A stretch of DNA of 64,000 bases from Octopus bimaculoides (GCF_001194135.2 NC_068997.1:26777945-26841944); one strand, 5' to 3'; shown: positions 27,101-38,049, numbered from the stretch's first letter. Notes: generated by a model from the letters alone, not told the origin. Made by a program: numbers and translations.

Positions 27101-28700
27101 CCTTTGTCATCTCATTTTCTTATGTGTGTACACACACACACACTCACACACAATGAAATATGTGGCTTTTGAAATGCTTGTTGTAAACACAAGATTATTG
27201 TATTGTCTATTATTTATTGTTGTTTCACTGAACATGTTCATACAGATCTGACCGGGAGCACTGATGGCAGTGTCCGCATGTGGGAGTGGGGCCATCACCA
27301 GCCATTGTCTCTGCTACGACAGCCTGGCTGTTTCTCAAAGGTCACCCGTACCCTGTTCAATGCCCAAGGTAATAAGGTAAGAATCACTTTCAAACTACTT
27401 TCTTCATAGTTACCATCTCTCTTGATTCTGCTGCAATTTGAGTGAAAGCATTATGTTTACATACTTTGTTGACATGCAAGAGGTTTTGCTGCTCTTTCAA
27501 AGACCAGTGAAATAAAATGTATCCCTCAAGTAAGGGTTGGTGACAGGCAGGGCATCCAGCCATAAAACATTGCTTCAAATAAACCTTGCCCAACCCATTC
27601 GAGAATCGATAAGCAGACATTGAACAATCAATATTTAACGATTGAGGGGAAAGTTGTTGACAATGTCTTTGATATGCTTGGTTCATCCTTAATATTGCAC
27701 CTGCTCGCAAACCAGAAGGTATGAGAGCCACTGCCTGATATTGCATCAGGGCATTTATTATTCTTATGATTATTAAGGCAGCAAATTAGCAGAAACGTTA
27801 CAACAGGGGGAATGCTTGACGGCATTTCATCCATCTTTACATTCTGAGTACAAATTCCACCAAGGTTGACTTTGGCTTTCTTCCTTTTGGGGTCAATGAA
27901 ATAAGTACCAGTTGAGCGTGGGTTGATTTAATCGACTTGGTCCCTCCCTCACACAAGAAATATTAATTTTCCCCACAAACAGGGAACATTGAAGCAGACA
28001 ATCTGACACACTGTTATTAACTGATCACCCACAATCCTCAAAGGCTGCATATATACATTAATGCAAACCTATCCATCATGCTTATACACAAGATTGAAAT
28101 ATCCAAGATGTTGTTTCACTTGCTCTTAGCTTTCTCTCTTTCTCTCTCTCTCTGTTTCACACAACTCTGTTTGATGTTCAACATACTACAATCTGACATT
28201 GATAATCTATAAAAAAAAAAAAACACACTGGTTGTCTTTTCTGGTTTTATTGGTTGAGTAATGGGAAATATTGAAAAGAAACTTTGTGTGTGTTTGTGTG
28301 TGCTCATGTATGTTTGTGCATATGTGTGTTTGTATGTCTGTTTATGTGTATGTTTGTGTTGTTTTGTGGGTTTGTGTTGATTTGTGGGTCTGTGTTGATG
28401 TGTCTGTATATGCATATCTGTGTATGTGTGCATATCTGGAATATTAGTGTGTATCTTAGTGCCTCTAGTGTTGGATTTTGTGTATACATGCCAGCATGGA
28501 AGGTGGACGGCAAATGATGATGATGTTTGTGTGTGTATTGTGCCTCTGTGCCTGTTTATATATATATATATCTATATATCTGTATCTACATATCTTTGTG
28601 TACGTGTGCATGTATATGTATATGTAAGTGTTTGTGTTCAATGTGTCTGTGTTCCCGTCTGTATATATGTTTGTGTTTCTGTATGTGATTGTGTGTGTCT

Positions 28701-28776
<76 letters not shown>

Positions 28777-31700
28777 CTGTGTGTGTATGTATATGCCTCT
28801 CTATATGTATCTGTATGTCTCTGTCTCCATTCATCTGTGTGCATGTGTATATGTTTCTATGCTCTCTGTATATATGTGTGTGTGTGTGTGTGTCAATTAT
28901 TGATTTCAAATTTGATTGTTTTCCCTCTCTGCTCATTGTTGTATTGTTTCTTTGTTTTGTTGTTCTGTTTCCCAGAAGTATTTCAGATGGAAAGGTTACG
29001 AGTTCAAATTGGACCAGACATTTCTCCATTTATCATCAGAAAAAAAACATAGTGTCGTATTTCATTGAAGGATTTACTTTTATTCTCTTATCGTTTCAGT
29101 GTTGTGTCAGCGACGCTGAGGGATCAGTGTGCCTCTGGCAAGTTGGTATTGGAAGCAATTTCAATAAACCAATTATGGTATGATATTTATTAATTAATCA
29201 ATTAATTAACTAAAAAGTATGTCAACCTTAATCTTCTTTCCTGTATTACTTCATATTTTAACTCCTGCTTCTAAAACCATTGGAAAAGTTTTTTGGTATT
29301 TCATCTGACTTTCTATGTTCTGGGTTCAAATACTACCATTGTTAACTTTGCTTTTCATCTCTCCAGGCTCAATAGAATAAAGTAGGGGGTGGGGTCAATG
29401 ATGTCAACTATCCTATTCCTTCAAAATAACTGGCCCTGTGCCAAAATTTGAAATTATTGTTATTATTCTACTGGGGTCAACTCTGCGTTTCATCCTTCCA
29501 GGGTCAATAAAATATGTACCAGTCAAATACTGGGGTCGATGTAATTGATTTAGCTCCCCTCCCCTCAAAAACTGCTGACCCTATGCCAAAATTTGAAACC
29601 ACCATTATTATTGTCTCTTTTGTTTTTCATTTCCAGAGTTTACAATGTCATAACAAAACAACCAGTGATTTTACCTTTGTTGGTTCCTGCAGTCTTATTG
29701 CAACAGCTGGCCATTCTTCAGAGAGTAAAAATGTTTGTCTTTGGGACACCTTGCTACCAACACGAAGTGCCCTTGTCCATCGTCAGTACCACCTGCTTTA
29801 TCAATCATCTCCTCCTCTTCCTCCTTCTTTGTATCACTAAGATTCACCAGTTTCACCTTCTTTATCACCTCCTCCTCTCTGTTGTTATTCTTTAATTTTT
29901 TTCTTTTTTATTTTGTCTTATTTTTTTCCTTTTTTTTTTTTCTTTGTTATCGTTACCCTCTGAAATTACTGGTATTAGTAAAGTTGTATATGTATCCTTG
30001 TTTTTTATGATGTTTGGTTCCAAAAAGACAGTGATAAATAAATCCTCTCCACACACTTTGTAAGTAGAATGAAAGCTGATTCATTAGCGGCACCATCACA
30101 TATTTTCTTGACTGTCTCTACCGTTTTTCATTTTTTTTTTAAATGCATTCTTCTGTATTGTTTCTCAATATCAGGAGCCTTTGTATTTTTTCTGTTCACT
30201 GGTTCCATGTTGATGGTTGCAAGTACATAAGCCATATAAATTATATGCACTGCCTTGCAGCTCAGTCATGTAAACACAAGCAATAGACAGTGTATTGAGG
30301 ATTGTGGTTGTAGTAACTGGAACATGTATATTTGTCATGCTCATAATGCATGTAACAGGTATAATCTGAGGTAACCTTATCCAATATGTCCTTCCTGTTG
30401 TTGTAGTTTATCCACTCAACTCAGCCTTTTTTCAGACCTACTGATGTGTGTTAAAGGATTTCAGCTATGACTATCCCATCTTAATATTTTATTTCAGACA
30501 TCATGGTCTTGAATTATATAATATGGCTTTCTTCCAAAACGGGACCATCAGCTCAAGCTACCACATTAAGACTCGTGTATTTTACATATATTCTTGTGTG
30601 TTTCTTATATTGCCTGGTGGAATCCTTGTTAATACTATTGACTGAAAGAATCCTCCAAGTTATTGTCGACACTATTGACTGATGAAATCCCTCTAACTGT
30701 TGACAGCATTGACCGAAGGACCCCCTCCCCACAACTGTCGATACTGTTGACTGAAGGCATGCCTCTATCTAATTATCGAAATTATTTACTATTTTCCAGC
30801 ATTTACCTGTCATGAACACGGAAGCCCAGCAATTGTCTATGCTCCACAGCATCAACTCATTATCAGTGGCGGCAGAAAGGGAGAAATTTGTATCCTTTTT
30901 GGCTTTTGTAAATTCCATCCTGAAATTTTACATCATCACATCTTACATCTTTTCAGAGGGTGTTGTTGTTGCTGTTGTGTGTATGCCTCCATGTAAGACC
31001 ATTTCTTCAATGACTGTTTATCAGAGATATTCTGGTATTCAAACCGACCATTCCTGATATTTGCTGAAATGTTGGGTTTTGATGGTATGCAGAAACTCCA
31101 CATTAAACCACAAAAAGAAGTTAAACTGCTAAAGTCAGTTATGTCTTTTGTCCTTCTAAGATCAATAAAATCAGGTACCACTCAAATACAGTAATTCAAT
31201 TTAACCCTTTAACATTTAAACCGGCCATATCCGGCCAAAAGTATTCTGTCTGTTTTATGTTAGAACTGACCAGGTCTGGTCTCTCACACCAACCCTACAA
31301 TATTGTTTTAAAAAGTAGCAGCTACCTCATCAAAATCTCATAGCTACAAGATAATGCATGATTAGTTCAAAACAATGTGGATAAAAAAGCATCAATTTTG
31401 GCAGAATAATGCGAACACTAAAGGGTTAAATCAGCTATCACCCTCTCCCTAATTTCTGGCCCTGTACTTTTGTTAAAAATTAGTGTTAGTGCAATGAAAA
31501 ATGTACCCAGTACATTCATTGGCATTAGGAAGGGTCTCCTGCCATAGAAACCTCCCCAATGTGCACACAGGAGATCAACATAACCCTTAAGGTAATTGGA
31601 TCCCGTCAAAACCGTCCAACCCCTGCTATCATGGAACACTGACATTAAACAATGATGATGATGGATGTGCATCTGTATGTTTCTTTCTTGCTTTTTGTAT

Positions 31701-31851
31701 TGCTTTTTCTTAACCACTCTCAGGTTTATTCGATATGAGACAGAGATTAATGCGACACACCTTCCAAGCCCATGAATCCCCAATCAAAAGTCTGGCCCTG
31801 GATCCAGAAGAGAGGTTCTTTGTGACAGGTTCTGCTGAAGGAGACATCAAG
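40..31851 (+). CDS. DMXL1/DMXL2 (Rbcn-3A): DmX-like protein / Rabconnectin-3 alpha, 3' portion of a multi-exon gene (C-terminal WD40 repeats); upstream exons outside the window, terminal exon not visible
   Basis: 16 GT-AG exons splice in frame, with one phase break across an N-gap. The peptides carry DMXL-family motifs recognised from memory: SPSKWPG, LLCESLVAVY, WAALFGGG, FVPPELSM, LKRLWFLIVKEE, YLTGSTDGSVRMWEW, FNAQGNK, NVCLWDTLLP, SGGRKGEI, FVTGSAEGDIK. Confidence 0.95.
2090..3105 (+). mobile_element. Decayed Tc1-like DNA transposon with long IR-DR terminal inverted repeats
   Basis: About 190-bp inverted repeats (2090-2281 vs about 2915-3105) with gaacca(t/c)(g/a)ctaata at both ends of each arm; TA at 3106-3107. 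Internal peptide remnants include GTSLHVIAEKLGHRMDTVRQFL, VLFTD and QQGGGVMLWAGF. Confidence 0.75.
3450..3565 (+). CDS. DMXL1/DMXL2: DMXL exon (HNISCQANNLMSG...NTSPSKWP)
   Basis: ttttcag acceptor and gtaaac donor; joins to give SPSKWPG-VTSL. Confidence 0.9.
3725..4030. repeat. Degenerate tandem repeat, about 80-bp unit x4
   Basis: ttaga(t/c)tat... units start at 3725, 3810, 3890 and 3963. Confidence 0.8.
4309..4554 (+). CDS. DMXL1/DMXL2: DMXL exon (VTSLRVLL...LLCESLVAVY...WAALFGGG...LLPK)
   Basis: tctttcag acceptor, gtaaga donor; conserved motifs; phase 1-1. Confidence 0.95.
4747..4886 (+). CDS. DMXL1/DMXL2: DMXL exon (PVDDAAKHRM...FVPPELSMITYFMTK)
   Basis: tttag acceptor, gtaagg donor; phase 1-0. 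Confidence 0.95.
5661..5794 (+). CDS. DMXL1/DMXL2: DMXL exon (PFLSTSNSIISYDSD...acidic stretch)
   Basis: ttctacag acceptor, gtgagt donor; phase 0-2. Confidence 0.93.
7441..7636 (+). CDS. DMXL1/DMXL2: DMXL exon (LPVSSPLLHAVLKNLEQWEE...GPPDNYI...PHNSPF)
   Basis: tcttgcag acceptor, gtaaga donor; phase 1-2. Confidence 0.95.
8192..8312 (+). CDS. DMXL1/DMXL2: DMXL exon (NHHSTLPLKRLWFLIVKEE...FIRYIFRKKR...TE)
   Basis: ttttcag acceptor, gtgagt donor; phase 2-0. Confidence 0.95.
8873..8977 (+). CDS. DMXL1/DMXL2: DMXL exon (ITLNSG...KVIHKEQDIITAFAINQ)
   Basis: Long pyrimidine tract plus cag acceptor, gtcagt donor; phase 0-0. Confidence 0.92.
9430..9554 (+). CDS. DMXL1/DMXL2: DMXL exon (ANPNCLALSTQKEIVELDI...)
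   Basis: tatttcag acceptor, gtaagt donor; phase 0-2. Confidence 0.93.
9779..9947 (+). CDS. DMXL1/DMXL2: DMXL exon (TTAYGYDESDFVLVQTP...STNRANV)
   Basis: ttttacag acceptor, gtaagt donor; phase 2-0. Confidence 0.92.
10770..10900 (+). mobile_element. RTE-type LINE 3' ORF fragment
   Basis: Translates to RKTWDKLVKDAL...EMTKNLDSWQYAVLEKT, resembling the C-terminal end of RTE ORF2. Confidence 0.55.
12981..13193. mobile_element. Palindromic MITE flanked by TA
   Basis: About 90-bp imperfect inverted arms starting GTAATAATTG, TA on both sides, inner hairpin gtaggatt/aatcctac. Confidence 0.75.
14818..15036. repeat. Near-perfect inverted duplication of a SINE fragment (107-bp arms, 5-nt spacer)
   Basis: Arms 14818-14924 and 14930-15036 match at 106 of 107 positions by manual comparison. 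Confidence 0.92.
16757..16967 (+). mobile_element. RTE-LINE/SINE 3' tail repeat ending in (GAT)n (representative; related copies near 400-540, 12035-12250, 15600-15710, 39230-39349, 57080-57550, 62700-62980)
   Basis: Shared core cacgtaaaagcacccactacactc...aacccatgctagcatggaaagcggacgttaaacgatgatg recurs across the window. Confidence 0.8.
18147..18505. repeat. Degenerate minisatellite, about 43-bp unit
   Basis: Recurring taagatggtg(c/t)ttg...aaa...tatatattagtat units. Confidence 0.7.
19375..19458 (+). CDS. DMXL1/DMXL2: Candidate alternatively spliced DMXL cassette exon (IKGINLSGLGTPQFCQFVRDRSRRLLQS)
   Basis: tttctctacag acceptor and TCG|gtaaga donor; 84 nt, phase 0-0 and open, inside the phase-0 intron 9948-25902. 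Confidence 0.75.
20906..21127 (+). mobile_element. tRNA-derived SINE, well-preserved copy of the family that forms the trains at 15.7-16.3, 29.3-29.6, 32.1-34.8 and 43.0-43.3 kb
   Basis: A-box/B-box-like head (ggcggtgaactggcagaatcg...gagttcaaactcc) and conserved body gtcgactttgcctttcatcctttcggggtcga. Confidence 0.85.
22420..22800 (-). mobile_element. mariner transposon 5' fragment
   Basis: Minus strand gives MTECIEQRYCIKFCQNHGDTKAQTIEKIQKTFGDDAMGKTQIKE (mariner N-terminal HTH region) after a TIR-like end. Confidence 0.8.
23801..23860 (-). ncRNA. Type I hammerhead ribozyme motif
   Basis: Minus strand reads CCATG CTGATGA TCGG..CCGT GAAA CGTCGTA CATGG, with stem I, both core boxes, stem II and a GUA cleavage triplet. 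Confidence 0.75.
24330..24770 (+). mobile_element. Decayed RTE LINE internal fragment
   Basis: Remnants GEKCV...NDAKKKEAWNCYYEKLLKDENEWE resemble the RTE EN-RT linker. Confidence 0.65.
25903..25963 (+). CDS. DMXL1/DMXL2: DMXL exon (IIQRNVTGVRRIGAHPHLPH)
   Basis: CT-rich tract plus cag acceptor, gtaagt donor; phase 0-1. Confidence 0.93.
27246..27376 (+). CDS. DMXL1/DMXL2: DMXL WD40 exon (LTGSTDGSVRMWEW...FNAQGNK)
   Basis: tacag acceptor, gtaaga donor; WD40 motif; phase 1-0. Confidence 0.96.
29100..29177 (+). CDS. DMXL1/DMXL2: DMXL WD40 exon (CCVSDAEGSVCLWQV...KPIM)
   Basis: tttcag acceptor, gtatga donor; phase 0-0. Confidence 0.95.
29637..29781 (+). CDS. DMXL1/DMXL2: DMXL WD40 exon (SLQCHNKTTSDF...NVCLWDTLLP...LVH)
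   Basis: tttccag acceptor, gtcagt donor; phase 0-1. Confidence 0.95.
30632..30790. repeat. Degenerate tandem repeat, 34-38-bp unit x4-5, abutting an exon acceptor
   Basis: atactattgactga-like units start at 30632, 30669, 30703, 30741 and 30779. Confidence 0.75.
30800..30889 (+). CDS. DMXL1/DMXL2: DMXL WD40 exon (FTCHEHGSPAIVYAPQHQLIISGGRKGEI)
   Basis: ttttccag acceptor; donor GTATCCTT (U12 type); phase 1-1. Confidence 0.95.
30890..31723 (+). other. U12-type (minor spliceosome) GT-AG intron
   Basis: 5' splice site GTATCCTTTT; branch-site motif TTTCTTAAC at 31706-31714, about 10 nt before the CAG acceptor at 31721-31723. Confidence 0.88.
31201..31429 (+). mobile_element. piggyBac-like MITE (TTAA-CCCTT...AAGGG-TTAA); related copies at about 1790-1995 and 24775-24984
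   Basis: TTAA at both ends, CCCTT/AAGGG termini, shared internal sequence with the other copies. Confidence 0.75.
31724..31851 (+). CDS. DMXL1/DMXL2: DMXL WD40 exon (LFDMRQRLMRHTFQAHESPIKSLALDPEERFFVTGSAEGDIK)
   Basis: cag acceptor, gtatga donor; phase 1-0; last visible DMXL exon. Confidence 0.96.
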
Positions 31852-32717
31852 GTATGACATATGTACATATATTATATCATATTGTGGGTGCAGACATGGC
31901 TGTGTGGTGAACAAGCTTGCTTAACAACTACATGGCTTTGGGTTCAGTGGCAACTTAGGCAAGTATTTTCTCTTATAACCCTGCGTTATCCAAAGTCTTA
32001 TAAGGAGATTTGGTTGATGGAAACATGCACATATTCATTTGCATGTCCTTGTACAGAAGATCCTGAGATAGAGAACCAGACAAAACAGCTTCTGATATTT
32101 GTTCAAAATATTTATGTTCTGAATTCAGAAACACTCTAAGACCAACTTTGCCCTCATCCTTTCAGGATCAATAAAATAAAGTACCAATTAAGTACTGGGG
32201 TTTGATAGAATTGACTATACCCTCTCCTCAAAATTACTGGCCTTGTACCTAAACAAGAAACCATTATTATTATTATTAAGGCAGTGAGCTGGCTGAATCA
32301 CTAGGCTGTTAGGCCAAATACTTAGCGGTATTTCATCTGTCTTTACGTTCTGAGTTCAAATTCTGTTGAGGTCAACTTTGCCTTTCATCCTTTTGAGCTC
32401 GATAAAATAAATACCAATGAAACACTGGGATCAATGTAATTGACTAGTCCCCTCCCGCAAAATTTCAGGCCTTGTACCTTTAGTAGAAAGGATTATTATT
32501 AAGAATGCAATGAGTTGGCAGAATTGGTAACGTACTGGAAAAAGATCTCCGGCTCTTTATGCTCTTCTTTCAAATTCTTCTAAGGTCAACTTTACCTTTC
32601 ATTTATTTTTTTTGAGAGTCAAAATAAATACCAGTTGAGCTCTGGAGTTGATGTTATCGACTTAGCCCTCCCTGAAAATTATTGGTTTATTCCAAACTTT
32701 GAAACCGTTGTTTTATT

Positions 32718-32951
32718 GTGAAGATCACTCCACATGCCTTCCTTTGGGCAAGAACGACAAGCACTTTTCGTCTCTGGCTGGTGGTCATGGCAAAAGAGGT
32801 TGTGTGGAGGGCAAGACTGGAAGGATTGATGACAAACACTTCCTCTTTGGCTGAGACTTTTTTAGAATTCCATTTGAAAATGAAGGTGAGGATTAAAAGG
32901 GAGGTGCTGCCATCCAGTAGATTTGTTGAAAGACAGGCAAATGTGACAAGG
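32718..32951 (+). mobile_element. L1/Tx1-like LINE ORF2 C-terminal fragment running into the gap
   Basis: VVMAKEVVWRARLEGL...FLEFHLKMKVRIKREVL...RFVER resembles the Tx1/L1 ORF2 C-terminus (family call from memory). Confidence 0.55.
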
Positions 32952-35900
32952 NNNNNNNNNNNNNNNNNNNNNNNNNNNNNNNNNNNNNNNNNNNNNNNNN
33001 NNNNNNNNNNNNNNNNNNNNNNNNNNNNNNNNNNNNNNNNNNNNNNNNNNNNNNNNNNNNNNNNNNNNNNNNNNNNNNNNNNNNNNNNNNNNNNNNNNNN
33101 NNNNNNNNNNNNNNNNNNNNNNNNNNNNNNNNNNNNNNNNNNNNNNNNNNNNNNNNNNNNNNNNNNNNNNNNNNNNNNNNNNNNNNNNNNNNNNNNNNNN
33201 NNNNNNNNNNNNNNNNNNNNNNNNNNNNNNNNNNNNNNNNNNNNNNNNNNNNNNNNNNNNNNNNNNNNNNNNNNNNNNNNNNNNNNNNNNNNNNNNNNNN
33301 NNNNNNNNNNNNNNNNNNNNNNNNNNNNNNNNNNNNNNNNNNNNNNNNNNNNNNNNNNNNNNNNNNNNNNNNNNNNNNNNNNNNNNNNNNNNNNNNNNNN
33401 NNNNNNNNNNNNNNNNNNNNNNNNNNNNNNNNNNNNNNNNNNNNNNNNNNNNNNNNNNNNNNNNNNNNNNNNNNNNNNNNNNNNNNNNNNNNNNNNNNNN
33501 NNNNNNNNNNNNNNNNNNNNNNNNNNNNNNNNNNNNNNNNNNNNNNNNNNNNNNNNNNNNNNNNNNNNNNNNNNNNNNNNNNNNNNNNNNNNNNNNNNNN
33601 NNNNNNNNNNNNNNNNNNNNNNNNNNNNNNNNNNNNNNNNNNNNNNNNNNNNNNNNNNNNNNNNNNNNNNNNNNNNNNNNNNNNNNNNNNNNNNNNNNNN
33701 NNNNNNNNNNNNNNNNNNNNNNNNNNNNNNNNNNNNNNNNNNNNNNNNNNNNNNNNNNNNNNNNNNNNNNNNNNNNNNNNNNNNNNNNNNNNNNNNNNNN
33801 NNNNNNNNNNNNNNNNNNNNNNNNNNNNNNNNNNNNNNNNNNNNNNNNNNNNNNNNNNNNNNNNNNNNNNNNNNNNNNNNNNNNNNNNNNNNNNNNNNNN
33901 NNNNNNNNNNNNNNNNNNNNNNNNNNNNNACTGAACAACAACAAAAAAAACATTTATTTACACCCATTGTCTTCTGTTATTGCAGAGTGGGAAATGATTC
34001 CCAGATTCTTAAAGAAATTATTGTTGTTATTACTATTGAAGACTTTGCCTTTCATCTTTTCAGGGTCAGTGAATTAAGTACCAGTTGAGCACTAGGATCA
34101 ATGTAATTGACTGGTCCCTACTCCCAAAATTTCAGGCCTTGTACCTTTAGTAGAAAGGATTATTATTGTTATTGTTATTAAAATGGTGAGCTATAGCAGA
34201 ATATCCAGAGCATTGAAGAAACAGTACTTTGTAATATTTTTCTGACTGCTTAGGTTCTGAGTTCAAATCCCGCTGAAGTTAACTTTGTCTTTCATCCTTC
34301 TGGGGTTGATGGTATCGATTATCCCTCTCCTCACAAAATTGCTGGCCTAAGTGAGAAACTGTTGTTGTTGTTGCTAATAATGTTATTAGTATTATTAAAG
34401 CAGCAAGCTGGCAGAATTGTTAGAGCATCAGGAAAAATACTTTGTGGTGTTTCTTCAACTCATTACATTCTGAGTTCAAATTCTGCTGGGTTCACTTTGC
34501 CTTTTATCTTTTTGGGGTGGATAAAATAAAATACTAGTCAAGTGCTGGGGTTGGTGTAATCAACTTGTCCCCTCCCTGCAAAATAGCTGGCCTCATGCCA
34601 AAATTATTATTATTGTCATTATTATTATTATTATTTTCATCAAGATGTTGAGCTGGAAGAATTGTTACCATGCTGGACAAAATGCCTAGCAACATTTCTT
34701 GGAGAGCTTTACTTTGCCTTTCAACCTTTCGGGGTCAATAAGTACCAGTTATACACTGTGGGTGATGTTATCAACTAGCCTCATCAGGCCTTGTGTCTAA
34801 AGTAGAAAGGATATTATTATTATTAATATTTTAGTATTGTTATACAAAATTGAAAGTTTAAATGGTAAACAAAATCTTGATGAAGGCGGAGGACTGGGGA
34901 GAAGGCGCTGTGAGCAGGGGGTATGGCAAGTTATGGTGGTTGTAGGGGAGCATGAATGATTCTATATAAACAAAAACTCACAAAAACACCCAAAAATATA
35001 TATCTAAAAACAAATATACAACATAAACAAATAACTTCACCCTTCCCTCCCTCCCTCCCCCCAAAAGTATTAAAAAAATAAATAAAAACCANNNNNNNNN
35101 NNNNNNNNNNNNNNNNNNNNNNNNNNNNNNNNNNNNNNNNNNNNNNNNNNNNNNNNNNNNNNNNNNNNNNNNNNNNNNNNNNNNNNNNNNNNNNNNNNNN
35201 NNNNNNNNNNNNNNNNNNNNNNNNNNNNNNNNNNNNNNNNNNNNNNNNNNNNNNNNNNNNNNNNNNNNNNNNNNNNNNNNNNNNNNNNNNNNNNNNNNNN
35301 NNNNNNNNNNNNNNNNNNNNNTGTGTAAAAGAATAAAAAAAAAAAAAGAAGCGAAAATATTTTTCCTTCCTTCCTTCCTTTCTCTATTTCTCTCTTTCTT
35401 GTCCCTATTTTCTCTGTTTTCTTTTTCTCTCATTTCTTCATACCCCCCTCTCTCTCTATTTCTCTCTCTAAAAAAAAAAGCTCTCCAGAGGAGCTATGTT
35501 AAATCCTTTAATTGGACAAACAAACCAGAAATACAAAAATGATTTAAAAAAATTAAAAGAATTTAATTAAAATTCAATTAAAACATTTTAGAAAATATTT
35601 GTACCTCCATTTTTTTTTTCTTAATTTTATTTTTATTTTATTTCATTTTTCTTTTAATTTAAAACATTTTGTTTCCAATGAAATATTTATAATTAAAAAA
35701 AAAACTATTGTTTTGTAGTTTACACAACTATTTAAAAAAGACCAGATATTATACACTGAGGTTGTAACTTATATATGCATGTATATATAAATGTATGTAT
35801 GTATGTATGTGTGTTTATAGAGTATGTGTGTACATATATGTATGTATATTTAGAAGTTATAGTATGTATATATGTATATTATATCTTTGTGTGTGCATGT

Positions 35901-36226
35901 GTATTTATATATATATAGATCCTTGAAAATAAATCATGTATGTATATATATGTATTATATTGAACATCTGTATATATTTATACATGTGTGTATATATGCA
36001 TATTTTGTTTGTGTGTGTATATATGTATACATATGTTTATATATATATATGTATACATATGTTTATATATATATATATATATAATGTGTGTCTATATAAA
36101 TATGTAATTGAGTGAATAAGAACATGCATGCATGTCTATACATACATATGTTTGTAGTAATACACATACAGACATATACACAGTGTTCGTACACACACAA
36201 TTAGTACTCAAATGTAACATAAACAT

Positions 36227-36282
<56 letters not shown>

Positions 36283-36970
36283 ATTATACATGTGCATATA
36301 TGAGTGTGTCTGAATGTATATAGATGTGTGATTCTGTAATTATGTATTTGCATGTATGTCTAGATATGCATACATATATGTGTTTATAGTATACAGATAG
36401 ATTTTCATGTAATATGTTGATACATACATACATATAAATAGTGCTCATGAAAGCACACATAGTATATGTGTGTGTGCATATATGTATGTGTGTATACATA
36501 CATGCACACATACATGTACATATGTATGTTTATATATATATATACACACACACATATATATAAAAGCATACACATGATGGTTTGTGTGTGTGTGTGTAGA
36601 TACATGCATATACATTATGAGTATTTTCATTTTATATTTTCTACATATGTGTATATCCTGGTTCAATTCTTACTACCTAATAATGAGTGTGACTTCTCTG
36701 CCGTTGAATTGACTATCCTTTGTGAACCTGACAACTGCATTCCAATCTAGTTTGTAAATTTTGATTAATTCAATTGTTGCTTTCTTTGATTATCTTCATT
36801 ACTTCAAAGAGCATCTAAATTTTAACCATGGACTGCTTCTCTGAGATTAATTAAAACCATAATATAGATTTTAATTTATAACAAACAGAAAAAAAAACAA
36901 GAAATCAAGACAAAAAGCCAAGGAATGAATTTAAAAAAATAATAAGGTGCAGGAAAGAAACCCGACCCTG

Positions 36971-37002
<32 letters not shown>

Positions 37003-37303
37003 TATAATGAAAAATACAAATTCTTGGTATTAATCTTGGTGGGAATTGAAACCTTTTAGCTTTAATTTCCGTCTGCAGCTTAACTGTTTTACAAATTCTT
37101 CTATAGTATTATTGTGCTCTTTTTTTTTTTTTCTAAAAGACATTTGTCATGTGTTTATAAAGAAGAAAATGTGTGTACATATATATGTGTATATATGTGT
37201 GCTTATTTCTATATATGCACACGTGTATGCATGATATGTATCATGTGCAAGTATGCAATATATATATATATATATATACATGTGTGTGTATGTACTTTTT
37301 ATG

Positions 37304-37347
<44 letters not shown>

Positions 37348-38049
37348 GTATATATACATGTGTATGCGTGTATATATATAAAAACACATACACATATACA
37401 CACACGCATAAATATATGTATATATATATGTATCTATATATATACGCACGCACACACACACACACACACACACACATTATATATACATGAAATCTCCAGT
37501 TATGCTTTCTTGGTTTTGTTCTATATGCTGGGTGGTGATCAAATTCCAGTCGTTTGAGGTGAAGTTGTTCAAAACTAATATTGTAAATATATTGTTGATC
37601 ATTTATCTCTGTTAAATCTTTGTCTTTTGTCTCCATCTTTTCTTCTCAACTTCCAAACTTTAGCTAAATAAATGCAATTACCTTTAATTTATGGACATTT
37701 TTTTTTGTATATTCTTGTAATTTTTTATGTATTTTTTTTTTGTCTGAATTGTCAGTATTGTATTTCATTTTTGTTACTGTATGATATGTCACTAAAATAG
37801 TTTTTTGGTTTTTTTTTTTTTTGTTATTGATGTTAATATTGTTATTATTTATCCCAACCGTCACCAACAAGATATTTAATTAAAAATGCTGATTCAATTA
37901 ATTTCATTCTTCTGTTGTCTTCTTTGTCTTCACTTACTCATTTTCTTATTCTTTGATGCTTCTTTGTCAGTTTAATTCCAGCCATCACCTCATCCTCTGT
38001 TGGTGACCTTCAGCAGAATCTGTTCTGTTGCAGGCATTCAGGTCAGATT

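Noticed and set aside
30632-30790. Repeat-plus-variable-spacer appearance reminiscent of CRISPR
   Set aside because: The units are degenerate along their whole length, the context is a eukaryotic intron and there are no cas genes; it is a minisatellite.
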